Virus record (IMG/VR): IMGVR_UViG_3300045927_000049
Length of the DNA: 64,000 bases
Direction: 5' to 3' (one strand)
Source: an uncultured virus (IMG/VR IMGVR_UViG_3300045927_000049)
Lineage: Duplodnaviria; Heunggongvirae; Uroviricota; Caudoviricetes
Below are positions 1 through 9,027 of this stretch, one piece after another (within the stretch, counting starts at the first letter, position 1; every line of letters begins with the position of its first letter). The position numbers and the translations under genes were made by a program. Under the pieces are notes generated by a model that ran no database searches, was not told the DNA's origin, and saw only the letters and a list, made by a program, of their open reading frames with translations.

Positions 1-271
1 ACTCTTCGCGGTTCTTGCCCGCGATGTAGTCGATGCGTCCGCACTTCATGCCGCTGGGATATTCGGTGATGACGAACACCAGCGAGCCGATGATCTCCTT
101 GTCATGAAGCGCCAGCCACAGCGACGCCACGCCCTCAAGCAGCGATGTCAGGATATCGACATTGTGGAAGCGGCCATGCGTTCGCTTGATCGCCTTGTCC
201 ATGTCAGGACTGATCGACAGCCAGACGTTGGAGATGTGCTCACGCGGGACTGCGGTAATCATCGATGTCAT
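1..271 (-). CDS. Partial virion-module protein, GNAT-like fold (runs off window)
   Basis: Hand-translated MTSMITAVPREHISNVWLSISPDMDKAIKRTHGRF...ITEYPSGMKCGRIDYIAGKN; ATGA overlap with upstream stop; resembles acetyltransferase-like proteins found beside podovirus ejection genes. Confidence 0.6.
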   Translation of the reverse strand, partial: MTSMITAVPREHISNVWLSISPDMDKAIKRTHGRFHNVDILTSLLEGVASLWLALHDKEIIGSLVFVITEYPSGMKCGRIDYIAGKNREE

Positions 272-1332
272 TTGCTGCCGCCTCTATTCTGGGCATACAG
301 ACCGGAGCCACCCTTGTTCATCATCTGCATGCGTTGCAGATCGGTCGGCCTGTAGTTCGGGTCTTTCGCGTATTTCTGCTGGAGATATTTCTGTCCGCCA
401 GCACCCATGCCGCCGATGAACATGTCGAACTTGCTGATGCCCTTGTTCTTGGTTGAGGTGTCTTCCACCTTGGCGGGCGGTTGCCAGATCGTTTGTTTCG
501 GACCCGCAACAAATTTCTCCGGCGTCTTGATCTCACTCATGTTGATGCCACTGAACATGCTGCCGGTGTTGCCGGTGGTTGCTGCTGCGCCGGGTTTCCA
601 AGAAACCGTTGCTGCCGGTGTCGCTGCGACAGGTGCCGGAGCAACAGGTGCCGGAGCCACTGGAGCCGGAGCGGCTGGCGCAAGTGTTACGCCACCCCGG
701 CTAGCGGGTTCCCAGACTGCGCCCCCATTGGCGAGACTGACGATGCCGCCACGGTACAGAGAGTTGGGTGCGCCAGCGTAAGCCGGTACTTCAGGTGCCG
801 GTGCCATCGGTTCTGTCGGTGTGACAGGGGCTGCTCCCGATACCGTGGACCCGAACGCATTGGTGATCGCGGCTGGCGTATTGGCAGCGGCCATCGGATC
901 GGGTGCGGCTGCGGGCGGTGGGGTTCTCTGCTGGTTGAACCACAGACCGGCAAGTCCACCCAGTCCGGGTGGTCCACCAACCGGCTGTCCTCCCGGCATC
1001 ATTCCTCCGGGTCCACCCTTTCCTGCCTGCATGGGAGCGCCGGGTCCACCTTTTCCTCCCGGCATGGGAGGCGGCGGTCTGCCTGCCGCGAACTGCTGGT
1101 ATGCCTGCTGAAGCTGCGCCGCCTGCGGTGCCATCGGCCTTGGCGGCATCTGCGCCCTCGCTTGCATGGCGGCTGGTCTGGCTTGCGCCATGCGCTGCTG
1201 CATGGCCTGTTGATAGGGCCGTGCAAAGGCGGCTTGACCTCCCGGTGGCGCACCGGCACCTCTGCCTTGCGAAGCCAACTGGCTCAGTGCCTGTCCGCCA
1301 GCGCCCTTTCCACCACCAGCACCCATACCCAT
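268..1332 (-). CDS. Low-complexity Gly/Pro/Ala/Gln-rich internal virion (ejection-type) protein
   Basis: ORF 268..1392; likely start at 1332 after AAGGAG; contains YRGGIVSLANGG motif shared with neighbour. Confidence 0.6.
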   Translation of the reverse strand: MGMGAGGGKGAGGQALSQLASQGRGAGAPPGGQAAFARPYQQAMQQRMAQARPAAMQARAQMPPRPMAPQAAQLQQAYQQFAAGRPPPPMPGGKGGPGAPMQAGKGGPGGMMPGGQPVGGPPGLGGLAGLWFNQQRTPPPAAAPDPMAAANTPAAITNAFGSTVSGAAPVTPTEPMAPAPEVPAYAGAPNSLYRGGIVSLANGGAVWEPASRGGVTLAPAAPAPVAPAPVAPAPVAATPAATVSWKPGAAATTGNTGSMFSGINMSEIKTPEKFVAGPKQTIWQPPAKVEDTSTKNKGISKFDMFIGGMGAGGQKYLQQKYAKDPNYRPTDLQRMQMMNKGGSGLYAQNRGGSK

Positions 1333-1348
1333 GACCTGTCTCCTTGTC

Positions 1349-3088
1349 CTATCTGCCACGGGCGAGTTCGCGCATGGCCCTTTGATATGCACCCTGACCC
1401 TTTGCCCATTCTTCCGTGTAACCGGTGCCGGGAATGGCTTGAGCCGGGATGTTGTAGTCCCTGAAAATCCCTTGCAGGCGGGACCGGTTGATCAGATCGG
1501 GTTCGCCCCAGATCACGTCACGCGGCTCCATCTGTTCCTGAAGCCGCTGCTCTCCGTAGTTCAGGATCACCGGGACTTCCTCGACCCTGACCTTGCCGCC
1601 CTTCTTCAGTCCGACGATGCCGCCTTGGGCATAGGAACTGACCAGCCCTCCGGTATTCATCTGCGGTGGCTGTTGTGGCGAACCGGTTCTGGCAGTGCGA
1701 ACATCGCCCACCATGCCGTCGAGCGCCTGCGCACCAGCTTGGGTGGAGCCGTTGCCCATTCCTGAAACCACATCGGCGGGAACCACATACTCGCCCTCAC
1801 TGAGGGCGGCGGGTTGTTTGCCGTCGATCATTGCCGGGATGCTGTCCGACATGCCATCGCTGCGCCCTTCACTCTTCGGCATTGCCTTGACCCGTGCCGC
1901 CAAGTCCTGAAGCGCCGGTTCACCGAACTCCTGCACGAAGGACAAGATGATCGGCTGGGCATCCTGTGGCGGTATCTTCCCCTGTATCACCTCGACCGTC
2001 TGGGCGATCAGTTCGCGGTCATTGTCGGTGGTGGGTTCCGCCGTCTCTCCAGTGGGTTCCGGCTCTGTGCCAATCTGTGATGTGGGATATGGGCTGGACG
2101 GAATGTCCTCCAGCGCCGGGGCTTCATCGGTGCCGCCAGCGGGAACGCCCGCCATCGGGAAACTCAAGTCCTGCGGCTGCTGCATCTGCGGATCGACCAT
2201 GCCGCCATCGGCCAGCGTGACGATGCCGCCTTGGGCGTACTGGTAGTTGGGGAAGTAGTTGTGTTCGCGATAGGCGGCGCTCTCTGCCCGCTCTGGGAAG
2301 CTGGCATCGCCACCGCTGTACTTGATCTTGGAGATGTCGCGGGACTTCTCGCCCTTCTCCTTCTTCTGGAACAGACCGCCCACCATGTTGCTCAGACCCT
2401 GCGCCCCGACTGCCAGTAGCGGGAGGTTCTTCATGGTGAACAGTCCACGGATGCCACCCTTGGCTGGAGGTGTGACGGCTGTCTTGACTGCCGTCTGCGC
2501 CGCCGGGGCCATCGTCGCGGCGGTGATCGGCGGATGCATGGCGGCAAACGATCCTGCCGCTGGAGCAAAGTTGGCTGCTGCCGAACCGGCACCTCCGACA
2601 TGGCGGATCGCATTCCCTGCAACCTGTGCCGCTGGAGCCTGACCGGCACCAAACAGGGAGCCGATGCCTTTGCCTATCGCACCGACACCCTTCATCAGAC
2701 CGCCCAGCCCTCCGGTCACCGTGCCAAGTCCGGTCGTGATGGCTGGAGCCGCTGCCGAAGCGAGCGTGCCAGCCGTCATAGCGGCGGCTGGCGCACCAAG
2801 AGCAGCCGCCGTTCCTGCTCCTGCTGCCGCTGCCCCGGCCCCCGCCGCCAAGGCTGGAGCCGCTGCCGTTGCCGCCGCAGCGGCAGGAGCAGCAGCCCCG
2901 AACAGGGATGCCAAGAAAGGCAGGAAGAAGAATGCTTCCGGCAAACCTGTTTGAGGGTTGGTGGTCAGACCACCGGGAATGAGCGAGGCAATGCCCTCCA
3001 ACTCAGCCGGTGACACATGCAGGAGCATGGTGTCGCCAAACCTTCCCCGTGCCGCCACTTGTTGGGCAGCATGCCTCATGTCAGTCAT
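1349..3088 (-). CDS. Internal virion / DNA ejection (pilot-like) protein
   Basis: N-terminal GRFGDTMLLHVSP...TNPQTGLPEAF motif, Ala/Gly hydrophobic stretch, DGMSDSIPAMIDGKQPAALSEGEYVVPADVVS block, repeated YAQGG motifs; position after tail genes. Confidence 0.7.
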   Translation of the reverse strand: MTDMRHAAQQVAARGRFGDTMLLHVSPAELEGIASLIPGGLTTNPQTGLPEAFFFLPFLASLFGAAAPAAAAATAAAPALAAGAGAAAAGAGTAAALGAPAAAMTAGTLASAAAPAITTGLGTVTGGLGGLMKGVGAIGKGIGSLFGAGQAPAAQVAGNAIRHVGGAGSAAANFAPAAGSFAAMHPPITAATMAPAAQTAVKTAVTPPAKGGIRGLFTMKNLPLLAVGAQGLSNMVGGLFQKKEKGEKSRDISKIKYSGGDASFPERAESAAYREHNYFPNYQYAQGGIVTLADGGMVDPQMQQPQDLSFPMAGVPAGGTDEAPALEDIPSSPYPTSQIGTEPEPTGETAEPTTDNDRELIAQTVEVIQGKIPPQDAQPIILSFVQEFGEPALQDLAARVKAMPKSEGRSDGMSDSIPAMIDGKQPAALSEGEYVVPADVVSGMGNGSTQAGAQALDGMVGDVRTARTGSPQQPPQMNTGGLVSSYAQGGIVGLKKGGKVRVEEVPVILNYGEQRLQEQMEPRDVIWGEPDLINRSRLQGIFRDYNIPAQAIPGTGYTEEWAKGQGAYQRAMRELARGR

Positions 3089-3100
3089 GGCTTTTAGTCC

Positions 3101-3274
3101 TTATCTTGGATCGCGCGTGCCGGGATCGTTACCCGCATCCCCTTCGCCAGCGTCTCCGCTTTCTTCTTCGCCGTCCTCTTCCTCTTCCGGCTCCTCCGGT
3201 GGCAGTTCATTGGGAGCAGGAGGTGGCGTCTGTGGTTCTTCGGTGCTGTCTGGCCTTTCTGGATCACCAATCAT
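3101..3274 (-). CDS. 57-aa acidic Pro/Glu-rich peptide
   Basis: Hand-translated MIGDPERPDSTEEPQTPPPAPNELPPEEPEEEDGEE...; ATGA coupling to upstream gene; fills the gap; below ORF-track cutoff. Confidence 0.6.
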   Translation of the reverse strand: MIGDPERPDSTEEPQTPPPAPNELPPEEPEEEEDGEEESGDAGEGDAGNDPGTRDPR

Positions 3275-3567
3275 TGCTTCTCTCCTTCTGGCTCAATGGG
3301 TGGGATTGGCGGGTTAGCCAGAAACTCCGCTTGGCGTTCGGCTGCGCTCACGATTGGGGCGTTACGCAACACTTCAGCCGGATCGGCTGGGATGCTCTCG
3401 ACATCTGGGTCTGCATTCAGCCGCTTTATCTCGTTCTCGTATATTTCCTGCATGGCAGCTTCACAGCGGTTCTTGGTGAAGTTGGTGACCCACTCCACCG
3501 GGTCCACCGCTACATATTCGAGTGCTTTCATCTCTGCGTCGGTCAGTATGATCGTGATGGTCGGCAT
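3271..3567 (-). CDS. Small tail-fibre-associated protein (possible assembly chaperone)
   Basis: 98-aa ORF directly after the C1q triplet, helical EMKALEYVAVDPVEWVTN pattern. Confidence 0.65.
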   Translation of the reverse strand: MPTITIILTDAEMKALEYVAVDPVEWVTNFTKNRCEAAMQEIYENEIKRLNADPDVESIPADPAEVLRNAPIVSAAERQAEFLANPPIPPIEPEGEKQ

Positions 3568-3571
3568 GGTC

Positions 3572-4126
3572 CTATCCCATCATGAAGCCGGTGAAGCGGG
3601 AGTTTGCCGGATACCAGCGATTGGTGGCATACGATGAGTACGAGTAAGGCTCGACGTAATCACCAGCGAGGAGATCATAATTTTCAGAGAGATTGCCCCA
3701 AAAGTAAGCGGCTATCCCCCAGCCGTGGCCGCGTAATCGATAATCAGGGTAGGAAGGATTGACCGTGCGCCCGCCCATTGCGCCATTCACGGCGAAGATC
3801 GGATGGAAATAACGGTCAGCAGGGGCTTCATCCTTGAGAAGGTACAAAGCAAGCTGGAACGCATATTTCCCATCGACCGGCGCAGTAAACCTTGCACTTG
3901 CACCGCTATAGCAATTGCTGGCGTTGATGATGACATTCGGCATCGAAAGCTTGTTCCATGCCCCTGCGGTCAGATAGGTCCAAGTGCCCGGTCCATTGGC
4001 TGAGAACAGCGCATTGTTCGGTCGCATCAGCGCACCCGCCAACGTGAGAGAGGTTGTTACACCCGTGTTGATGGTGAGTGTTCCGCTGGCCTGCGTCAGC
4101 GTCGTGTTGTTGATATCAAGTCCCAT
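3572..4126 (-). CDS. C1q-like domain protein (paralogue 3)
   Basis: RFTAPVDGKYAF and LLAGDYVE...SRFTGFMMG, the gC1q/TNF-like signature. Confidence 0.85.
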   Translation of the reverse strand: MGLDINNTTLTQASGTLTINTGVTTSLTLAGALMRPNNALFSANGPGTWTYLTAGAWNKLSMPNVIINASNCYSGASARFTAPVDGKYAFQLALYLLKDEAPADRYFHPIFAVNGAMGGRTVNPSYPDYRLRGHGWGIAAYFWGNLSENYDLLAGDYVEPYSYSSYATNRWYPANSRFTGFMMG

Positions 4127-4686
4127 CAGCCCAACAGATACCCCTCAAAGCGCGAGTATTGCGGAACAATCGCAAGATCGGTCCCTGCGGCAGCATTGCG
4201 GAACTCCACATAGTCGCCCGCGAGAAGCGGAATGATCTCGGTGCTATCGTTGTCGCCGCTGTATCCCTGCGTCAGCCCATGCGTATATAGCCTGTGCTGC
4301 GGCCCACCGGGTCGCCTCCCGACACTATCGCCATTGACCCAGAACATGCCGTGAGCGTAGTTCACGCCCGCCGTAGCGGGGGTGTTGTAATATGCCGATG
4401 CACTGAACAGGTACATTCCGGCGACCGGCGCAGTGAAGCGCCGCGTACTGGTGTTGAAGCATGACCCGACATTGACGTTGGTGGCGTTGAAATTGATCGC
4501 AGTCCAAGCAGTCGTACCATAGGCAACACCGGCTGCGGTGCCGGAATTTCCGGCGCGGAACATCGGCTGCATGGCATTGCGTCGGAACAGACCGGCAGGC
4601 GTAATCCGCAGAAACTGCGTAGCCCCCGACATCACTTCAAAGCCTTGGGTGGCAGTCAGTTGAGTGCCGTTGAGATCGAAGCCCAT
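4126..4686 (-). CDS. C1q-like domain protein (paralogue 2)
   Basis: FNATNVNVGSCFNTSTRRFTAPVAGMYLF and LLAGDYVE...FEGYLLG. Confidence 0.9.
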   Translation of the reverse strand: MGFDLNGTQLTATQGFEVMSGATQFLRITPAGLFRRNAMQPMFRAGNSGTAAGVAYGTTAWTAINFNATNVNVGSCFNTSTRRFTAPVAGMYLFSASAYYNTPATAGVNYAHGMFWVNGDSVGRRPGGPQHRLYTHGLTQGYSGDNDSTEIIPLLAGDYVEFRNAAAGTDLAIVPQYSRFEGYLLG

Positions 4687-5229
4687 CTAGCCCACCAGAT
4701 AACCTTCAAAGCCGGAATAACGGCGATAGCAATTTGTGCCTGCCCCACTGGCATAGATGTACATATCGGCGTAGTCGCCCGCCGCCATGTTCAGAACGAT
4801 GGCCTGTTCTGCCCCGTAAGAATGACTAGCAGGGTTAGGATGCCCGATAATCTGGTGCGGTCCCACTGCAACCCCATTGATATAGACCTGTGCATAGACC
4901 CATCCCGTTCCAGCCGTTGACGATGCCTTGTTGTGATAGCTGTAAACGTGGAACCAGTAGCGCCCCGCAACCGGCGCGGTGAAGCGGTTCGATGCATATC
5001 CCTTGTTGTAAGTCGTGTTGTTGAAATAGTTCTGGTAGACCCAAGTGTCAGCGGGCTGTGCAACCCAACCGGGATCGGTGGTCAGGCCAGCGTTGAAACC
5101 CGGCTGGTTCGGCGTGAAAGAACGGCCTGTGGTGTCGATGACCAATCCATCAGCGGTCCCGGCAATCTTCAGGGCTTGCGAACCACTGGCTCCTGAGATC
5201 GTGAAAGCGCCACCGATATCGATAGGCAT
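4687..5229 (-). CDS. C1q-like domain protein (paralogue 1)
   Basis: RFTAPVAGRYWF and MAAGDYAD...FEGYLVG. Confidence 0.85.
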   Translation of the reverse strand: MPIDIGGAFTISGASGSQALKIAGTADGLVIDTTGRSFTPNQPGFNAGLTTDPGWVAQPADTWVYQNYFNNTTYNKGYASNRFTAPVAGRYWFHVYSYHNKASSTAGTGWVYAQVYINGVAVGPHQIIGHPNPASHSYGAEQAIVLNMAAGDYADMYIYASGAGTNCYRRYSGFEGYLVG

Positions 5230-5861
5230 CAACCCACCTTTTGCAGAACGAACTTGTAGGTCGTGTTCGTCCTATTGTTGGTGATGAACAGATCGTCCGC
5301 ACCCTCCACGATGGTCCAGTCTCCAACGTTGTTCTTAAGGCTCAGGTCCGAAGTGTAGATGGTGCCGAACCGCTTCGTGGCTGAACCAAGATTGGAGAAA
5401 CCGTTGGCGTTCGGCGTTATGTGACCATACAAAAGAACATCCCCACCAAGAGTTGTGGTGGTGTTCCAGAACTGTGCATTGCCATTGAACTCAGCGTTGA
5501 CCTCTGCAATGAACGGCCCATTGATGAGGGTATCGCCATGCACGGTGAGGTCTTCATTGATCTCCAACGATCCTGTCACAATGTCGCCAGCCTTGGCCAC
5601 CTTGTCATTGGCTAGCGTTGCGTCACCGGCATCGACGTAGGCTTTGGTCGCGATATCCTCTCCATTAATGTTCGCAGCTTTGGCTGACAGCTTATCGGTA
5701 ATCACTTCGTCGGCTGTCAGTTTGCTGACATTGAGCGGTCCCTTTGACAGGATGCGGGTCATCCACTGTTCGATGGTGTGATAGGACTGCCAAAAGAAGG
5801 GAGCGTCGAAACCATCTCGCTTGGCCTGTCCCAAGTTAGGAGCGGATAGGTCATCCCTCAT
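5229..5861 (-). CDS. Short tail fibre / spike protein
   Basis: Start at 5861 by ATGA overlap; DIATKAYVD, VAKAGDIVTGSL, LGSATKRFGTIY and C-terminal SDLSLKN..GDWTIVEGADDLF fibre motifs. Confidence 0.75.
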   Translation of the reverse strand: MRDDLSAPNLGQAKRDGFDAPFFWQSYHTIEQWMTRILSKGPLNVSKLTADEVITDKLSAKAANINGEDIATKAYVDAGDATLANDKVAKAGDIVTGSLEINEDLTVHGDTLINGPFIAEVNAEFNGNAQFWNTTTTLGGDVLLYGHITPNANGFSNLGSATKRFGTIYTSDLSLKNNVGDWTIVEGADDLFITNNRTNTTYKFVLQKVG

Positions 5862-7786
5862 CGCTGTCCATCCGTCCGTGCATCGATGCGAACGATACCC
5901 ATACGCCAGTTGGTGCCGGTCGTGTTGCTCTCCGCTCTGACCGTCATCGACCGTCCGCGCAACCGGACCCACGCCTCTTCGGTAAACTCTTCGATGGGAA
6001 TGGTCGCGGTGCGCTGTGTTTCCCGGCTCTCTTCCTGCACGAAGCCGCCACCCGGTTTGTCCATCATTCTCAAGACGATGTTCATCTGCGGCGCATCGGA
6101 CGATGTTACGCCTTCGCGGAACGTAACATCGGGTAGGATACGCCGTACGAACATCATCTTGTCGCCCTTGTCGAAGCTGCCTTCCGAAGACAGTTCAATG
6201 GGGCCGCTTTCGATGAAGGCATTAAGCGGTGAAACCGGTGAGGTGGACCCGTCGTCGGCACCGACATCGTGGGCGAATATGCGTCCATCATCGGTCGCGG
6301 CAATCGCTCCATGCAAGGCATCGACATCCAGCCATGCAGTGCGGTGCAGATTGCCGAAGGTCCATATCTGCTCCATCACATTGAAGGCGATATAGCTGTC
6401 AATCATGCCACCGCTTTCGGCGCTTGGATAAAACCACAGCACTTCGTTGTGCTTCTGGTTGGCGCTGGCATAAATCTTCGGGAACTGGTCGGTATCCATG
6501 CGGTCGGAGACATAGCCCCAAATCGGGCAGGGCACCTTCTCCGTGCGCCCCGAATAGGCATAGATGCCGGAGCGTCCCATCCAGTAGACCACGCCATTGT
6601 AGGAACAGACCGCCTTCATCCCGGCAATGTCGGACCAGCGGTCGAGGAGTTCCGCCACGTAGATCAGCGGCGCACCGACATACTGGACCGAGTACATTGC
6701 CTGATCCGTCCACACCAGAATTTCACGCGCCGTCGCATGACCGGCGACAAACTTGGAGCCGTTCGACAGCGGCAGGGTTCCGGCAGTCCCGGTCGTCTTG
6801 TTGGCGTCATCCCAATTGAGGATGTTCTCTTGACTGCACCAGCGGAATGACATCGGTTCCTTGATGCCGCCTCCCATGAAAGCCGATGCGCCGAACGCCA
6901 GACAGTGCCGGTCACGGTGCGAGATGATAATGAACTCCGCTTCCTGCGGGGCGTGCCCATCGGCACCCGGCGTGTCGGGACCGAAGAAATCTTCAGGGAT
7001 GTCGAGGATGTTGATCATCCTGTTCTGCGGTGTGGTGGCGTCCCAGTAATAGATGCCGCCACTCAGTGGACAGGCGAGCAAATCCTCGCCCCAGTTGTCC
7101 TGCGACCAGATGCCCATTTGATCCAGAATGGCCTTGTCGGGTTCGCCGCCCCATTCCTCTTCGTTCCAAGTCAGCGATCCCCAGCCGCCGCCGATGATGT
7201 AGTCGTCGGTGCCAGCGCGAAGCAGATAGCGGGCCTGAACCGCTGCTCCTCCTCCTGTTGTGGTTGCCGTCGCGGCAACAGGCAGGGTGACCGTGTAGTG
7301 GTTGTCATCCACATAGGACTGGATGATGTATTCCCGGTTGATGTTGTTGTCGCCACTGTCCGGCAGTCCGGCAAAAGCCGTTGCGCCGGAGATGAACACC
7401 GTGTCACCGGGGAAGTGCTGGTGTGTATTCTGGGTGATGGTCATCACGGTTGAGCCATCGGTGACACTTAGTGGATCGGTGCCGAGCGTCACTGCCGGTC
7501 CAGCCCATGGTGTTACGTCCCACTGATTGTCGTCTGACAGCATGTAGAACCGCTTGGAGGTTCCGGCGCTCACCCACGAGAACCCCTGTAGGTCGCCGTG
7601 CCGATGCAGCGAGCGGCAGATGCCGTCCATCTTCAGGCCGGGATACTCCTCTTCCCATCCGGCCCATTTCTCCGGAGTGCCGTCACGGAAACGGACGAGC
7701 GAGCAGTCGAACCACGTGCCAGCCGTGGCGTACCTTGTGGTGTTTCTGACCAGACCGGGCGCAATCTTCAGGCTTGTCCAACTCAT
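5858..7786 (-). CDS. Tail nozzle / packaged-DNA stabilisation protein (P22 gp10 / tubular protein B-like)
   Basis: 642 aa, beta-rich, FRWCSQE and ILVWTD motifs, ends RTDGQR; canonical position in podovirus tail module. Confidence 0.8.
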   Translation of the reverse strand: MSWTSLKIAPGLVRNTTRYATAGTWFDCSLVRFRDGTPEKWAGWEEEYPGLKMDGICRSLHRHGDLQGFSWVSAGTSKRFYMLSDDNQWDVTPWAGPAVTLGTDPLSVTDGSTVMTITQNTHQHFPGDTVFISGATAFAGLPDSGDNNINREYIIQSYVDDNHYTVTLPVAATATTTGGGAAVQARYLLRAGTDDYIIGGGWGSLTWNEEEWGGEPDKAILDQMGIWSQDNWGEDLLACPLSGGIYYWDATTPQNRMINILDIPEDFFGPDTPGADGHAPQEAEFIIISHRDRHCLAFGASAFMGGGIKEPMSFRWCSQENILNWDDANKTTGTAGTLPLSNGSKFVAGHATAREILVWTDQAMYSVQYVGAPLIYVAELLDRWSDIAGMKAVCSYNGVVYWMGRSGIYAYSGRTEKVPCPIWGYVSDRMDTDQFPKIYASANQKHNEVLWFYPSAESGGMIDSYIAFNVMEQIWTFGNLHRTAWLDVDALHGAIAATDDGRIFAHDVGADDGSTSPVSPLNAFIESGPIELSSEGSFDKGDKMMFVRRILPDVTFREGVTSSDAPQMNIVLRMMDKPGGGFVQEESRETQRTATIPIEEFTEEAWVRLRGRSMTVRAESNTTGTNWRMGIVRIDARTDGQR

Positions 7787-9027
7787 GAGTTCGCCACGCC
7801 TCCACCATACGGGCCGTTATTGGTGCCGGGTGACCAGTATCCCCACTTGGATGCCGCATAGATCGAATAACCAGCAGCACCACCCCCAGCGCCCGCCGCT
7901 CCTCCATAGCCGCCGCCATAGTTTCCGCCATTGCCTGTCGCCCCGGTATTGCCGGTATTGCCGACCGCGCCCCACGACCCTCCCGTTCCACCGGTTCCGC
8001 CATAGCCGCCGGAGCCTGCATAGGCTTGACCACCGGCACCGGGAGAACCACCGCTGCCACCCTGATTGGGGGAGTTGTAACCGATGCCGCGCCCGCCGTT
8101 GCCGCCAGCACCACCCCCGCCACCACTGGTGATCGTCCGGCTGTATGCCGTGTATTGACGGTAAATCTCGTAATAGCTTTTCCAGTAGGTCGGGTTGGGC
8201 GGCTCGTGCGGGCCGGGGGAGCCGCCGCCATAAGAGTTCTGTTCCCGTAACGTGTGCCGGTAGTAGGTGTAGGCACCGTTGGCAAATGGGTTGGCCAGCG
8301 TCGTAGCGGAGCCGACCAAGGTGCCAGCCCATATGGCGGTATCGGTTCCACCGCTGTCGGTCATCCAGCGATAGGTACTCTTGTCGTAAGCCGGTCCTTC
8401 CTGTGCGGTGTAGGGTGTATCGTAATAACCCGGTCCTCCGGTGCCACCCGTACCGCCTACGCCACCCGCTCCTCCACCACCACGAATGGCCCCATGATTG
8501 TGGATGATGGGACGATTGTCATAGGAAGCGTTTTCGGAATTGTAGAGGTAGATGGCATGCTGACCGGCACCCGAATTGGGTGCGCCGCCACCCCCTTGGA
8601 TTTCAGAATTGTTCTGGAAAAGGAAGGAACCATTGTTCTGACGCCCGTAGATGATACAGGCATACCATGACGTTCCCTGTGAATAGATGCCGTTGTTGTT
8701 GATGAAGGTGCATGGCCAACCGGTGCCGTTCGCACCCAGCCAGTCGCTACCGAACTCACCATGTGGATAGTAGTTGTTTATCCGCACCACTGAGTTGGTA
8801 TAGGTCCAACCCTTGGCCTGACCGGCAAAGTGGGCGATCTGGAGATTGACATAGGTTGCCGGGACACCGGCAGAGCCATTGACCGCAGCATTGTCACCGG
8901 AATTGGCACGGACATATTTGCTGGCATGACCACGATGGAACTGTGACAGGTAGGCATTCGCCACAGCCACGCCGTACTCAGTACACAGGTGCCCCATCTG
9001 GAGATTGGCCGAGCCTTGAATGGTCAT
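7783..9027 (-). CDS. Glycine-rich adhesin, T-even gp38-like
   Basis: Start at 9027 by ATGA overlap; NNSEIQGGGG...GQHAIY...IHNHGAIRGGGGAGG glycine-rich motifs and long Gly C-terminus. Confidence 0.65.
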   Translation of the reverse strand: MTIQGSANLQMGHLCTEYGVAVANAYLSQFHRGHASKYVRANSGDNAAVNGSAGVPATYVNLQIAHFAGQAKGWTYTNSVVRINNYYPHGEFGSDWLGANGTGWPCTFINNNGIYSQGTSWYACIIYGRQNNGSFLFQNNSEIQGGGGAPNSGAGQHAIYLYNSENASYDNRPIIHNHGAIRGGGGAGGVGGTGGTGGPGYYDTPYTAQEGPAYDKSTYRWMTDSGGTDTAIWAGTLVGSATTLANPFANGAYTYYRHTLREQNSYGGGSPGPHEPPNPTYWKSYYEIYRQYTAYSRTITSGGGGGAGGNGGRGIGYNSPNQGGSGGSPGAGGQAYAGSGGYGGTGGTGGSWGAVGNTGNTGATGNGGNYGGGYGGAAGAGGGAAGYSIYAASKWGYWSPGTNNGPYGGGVANS

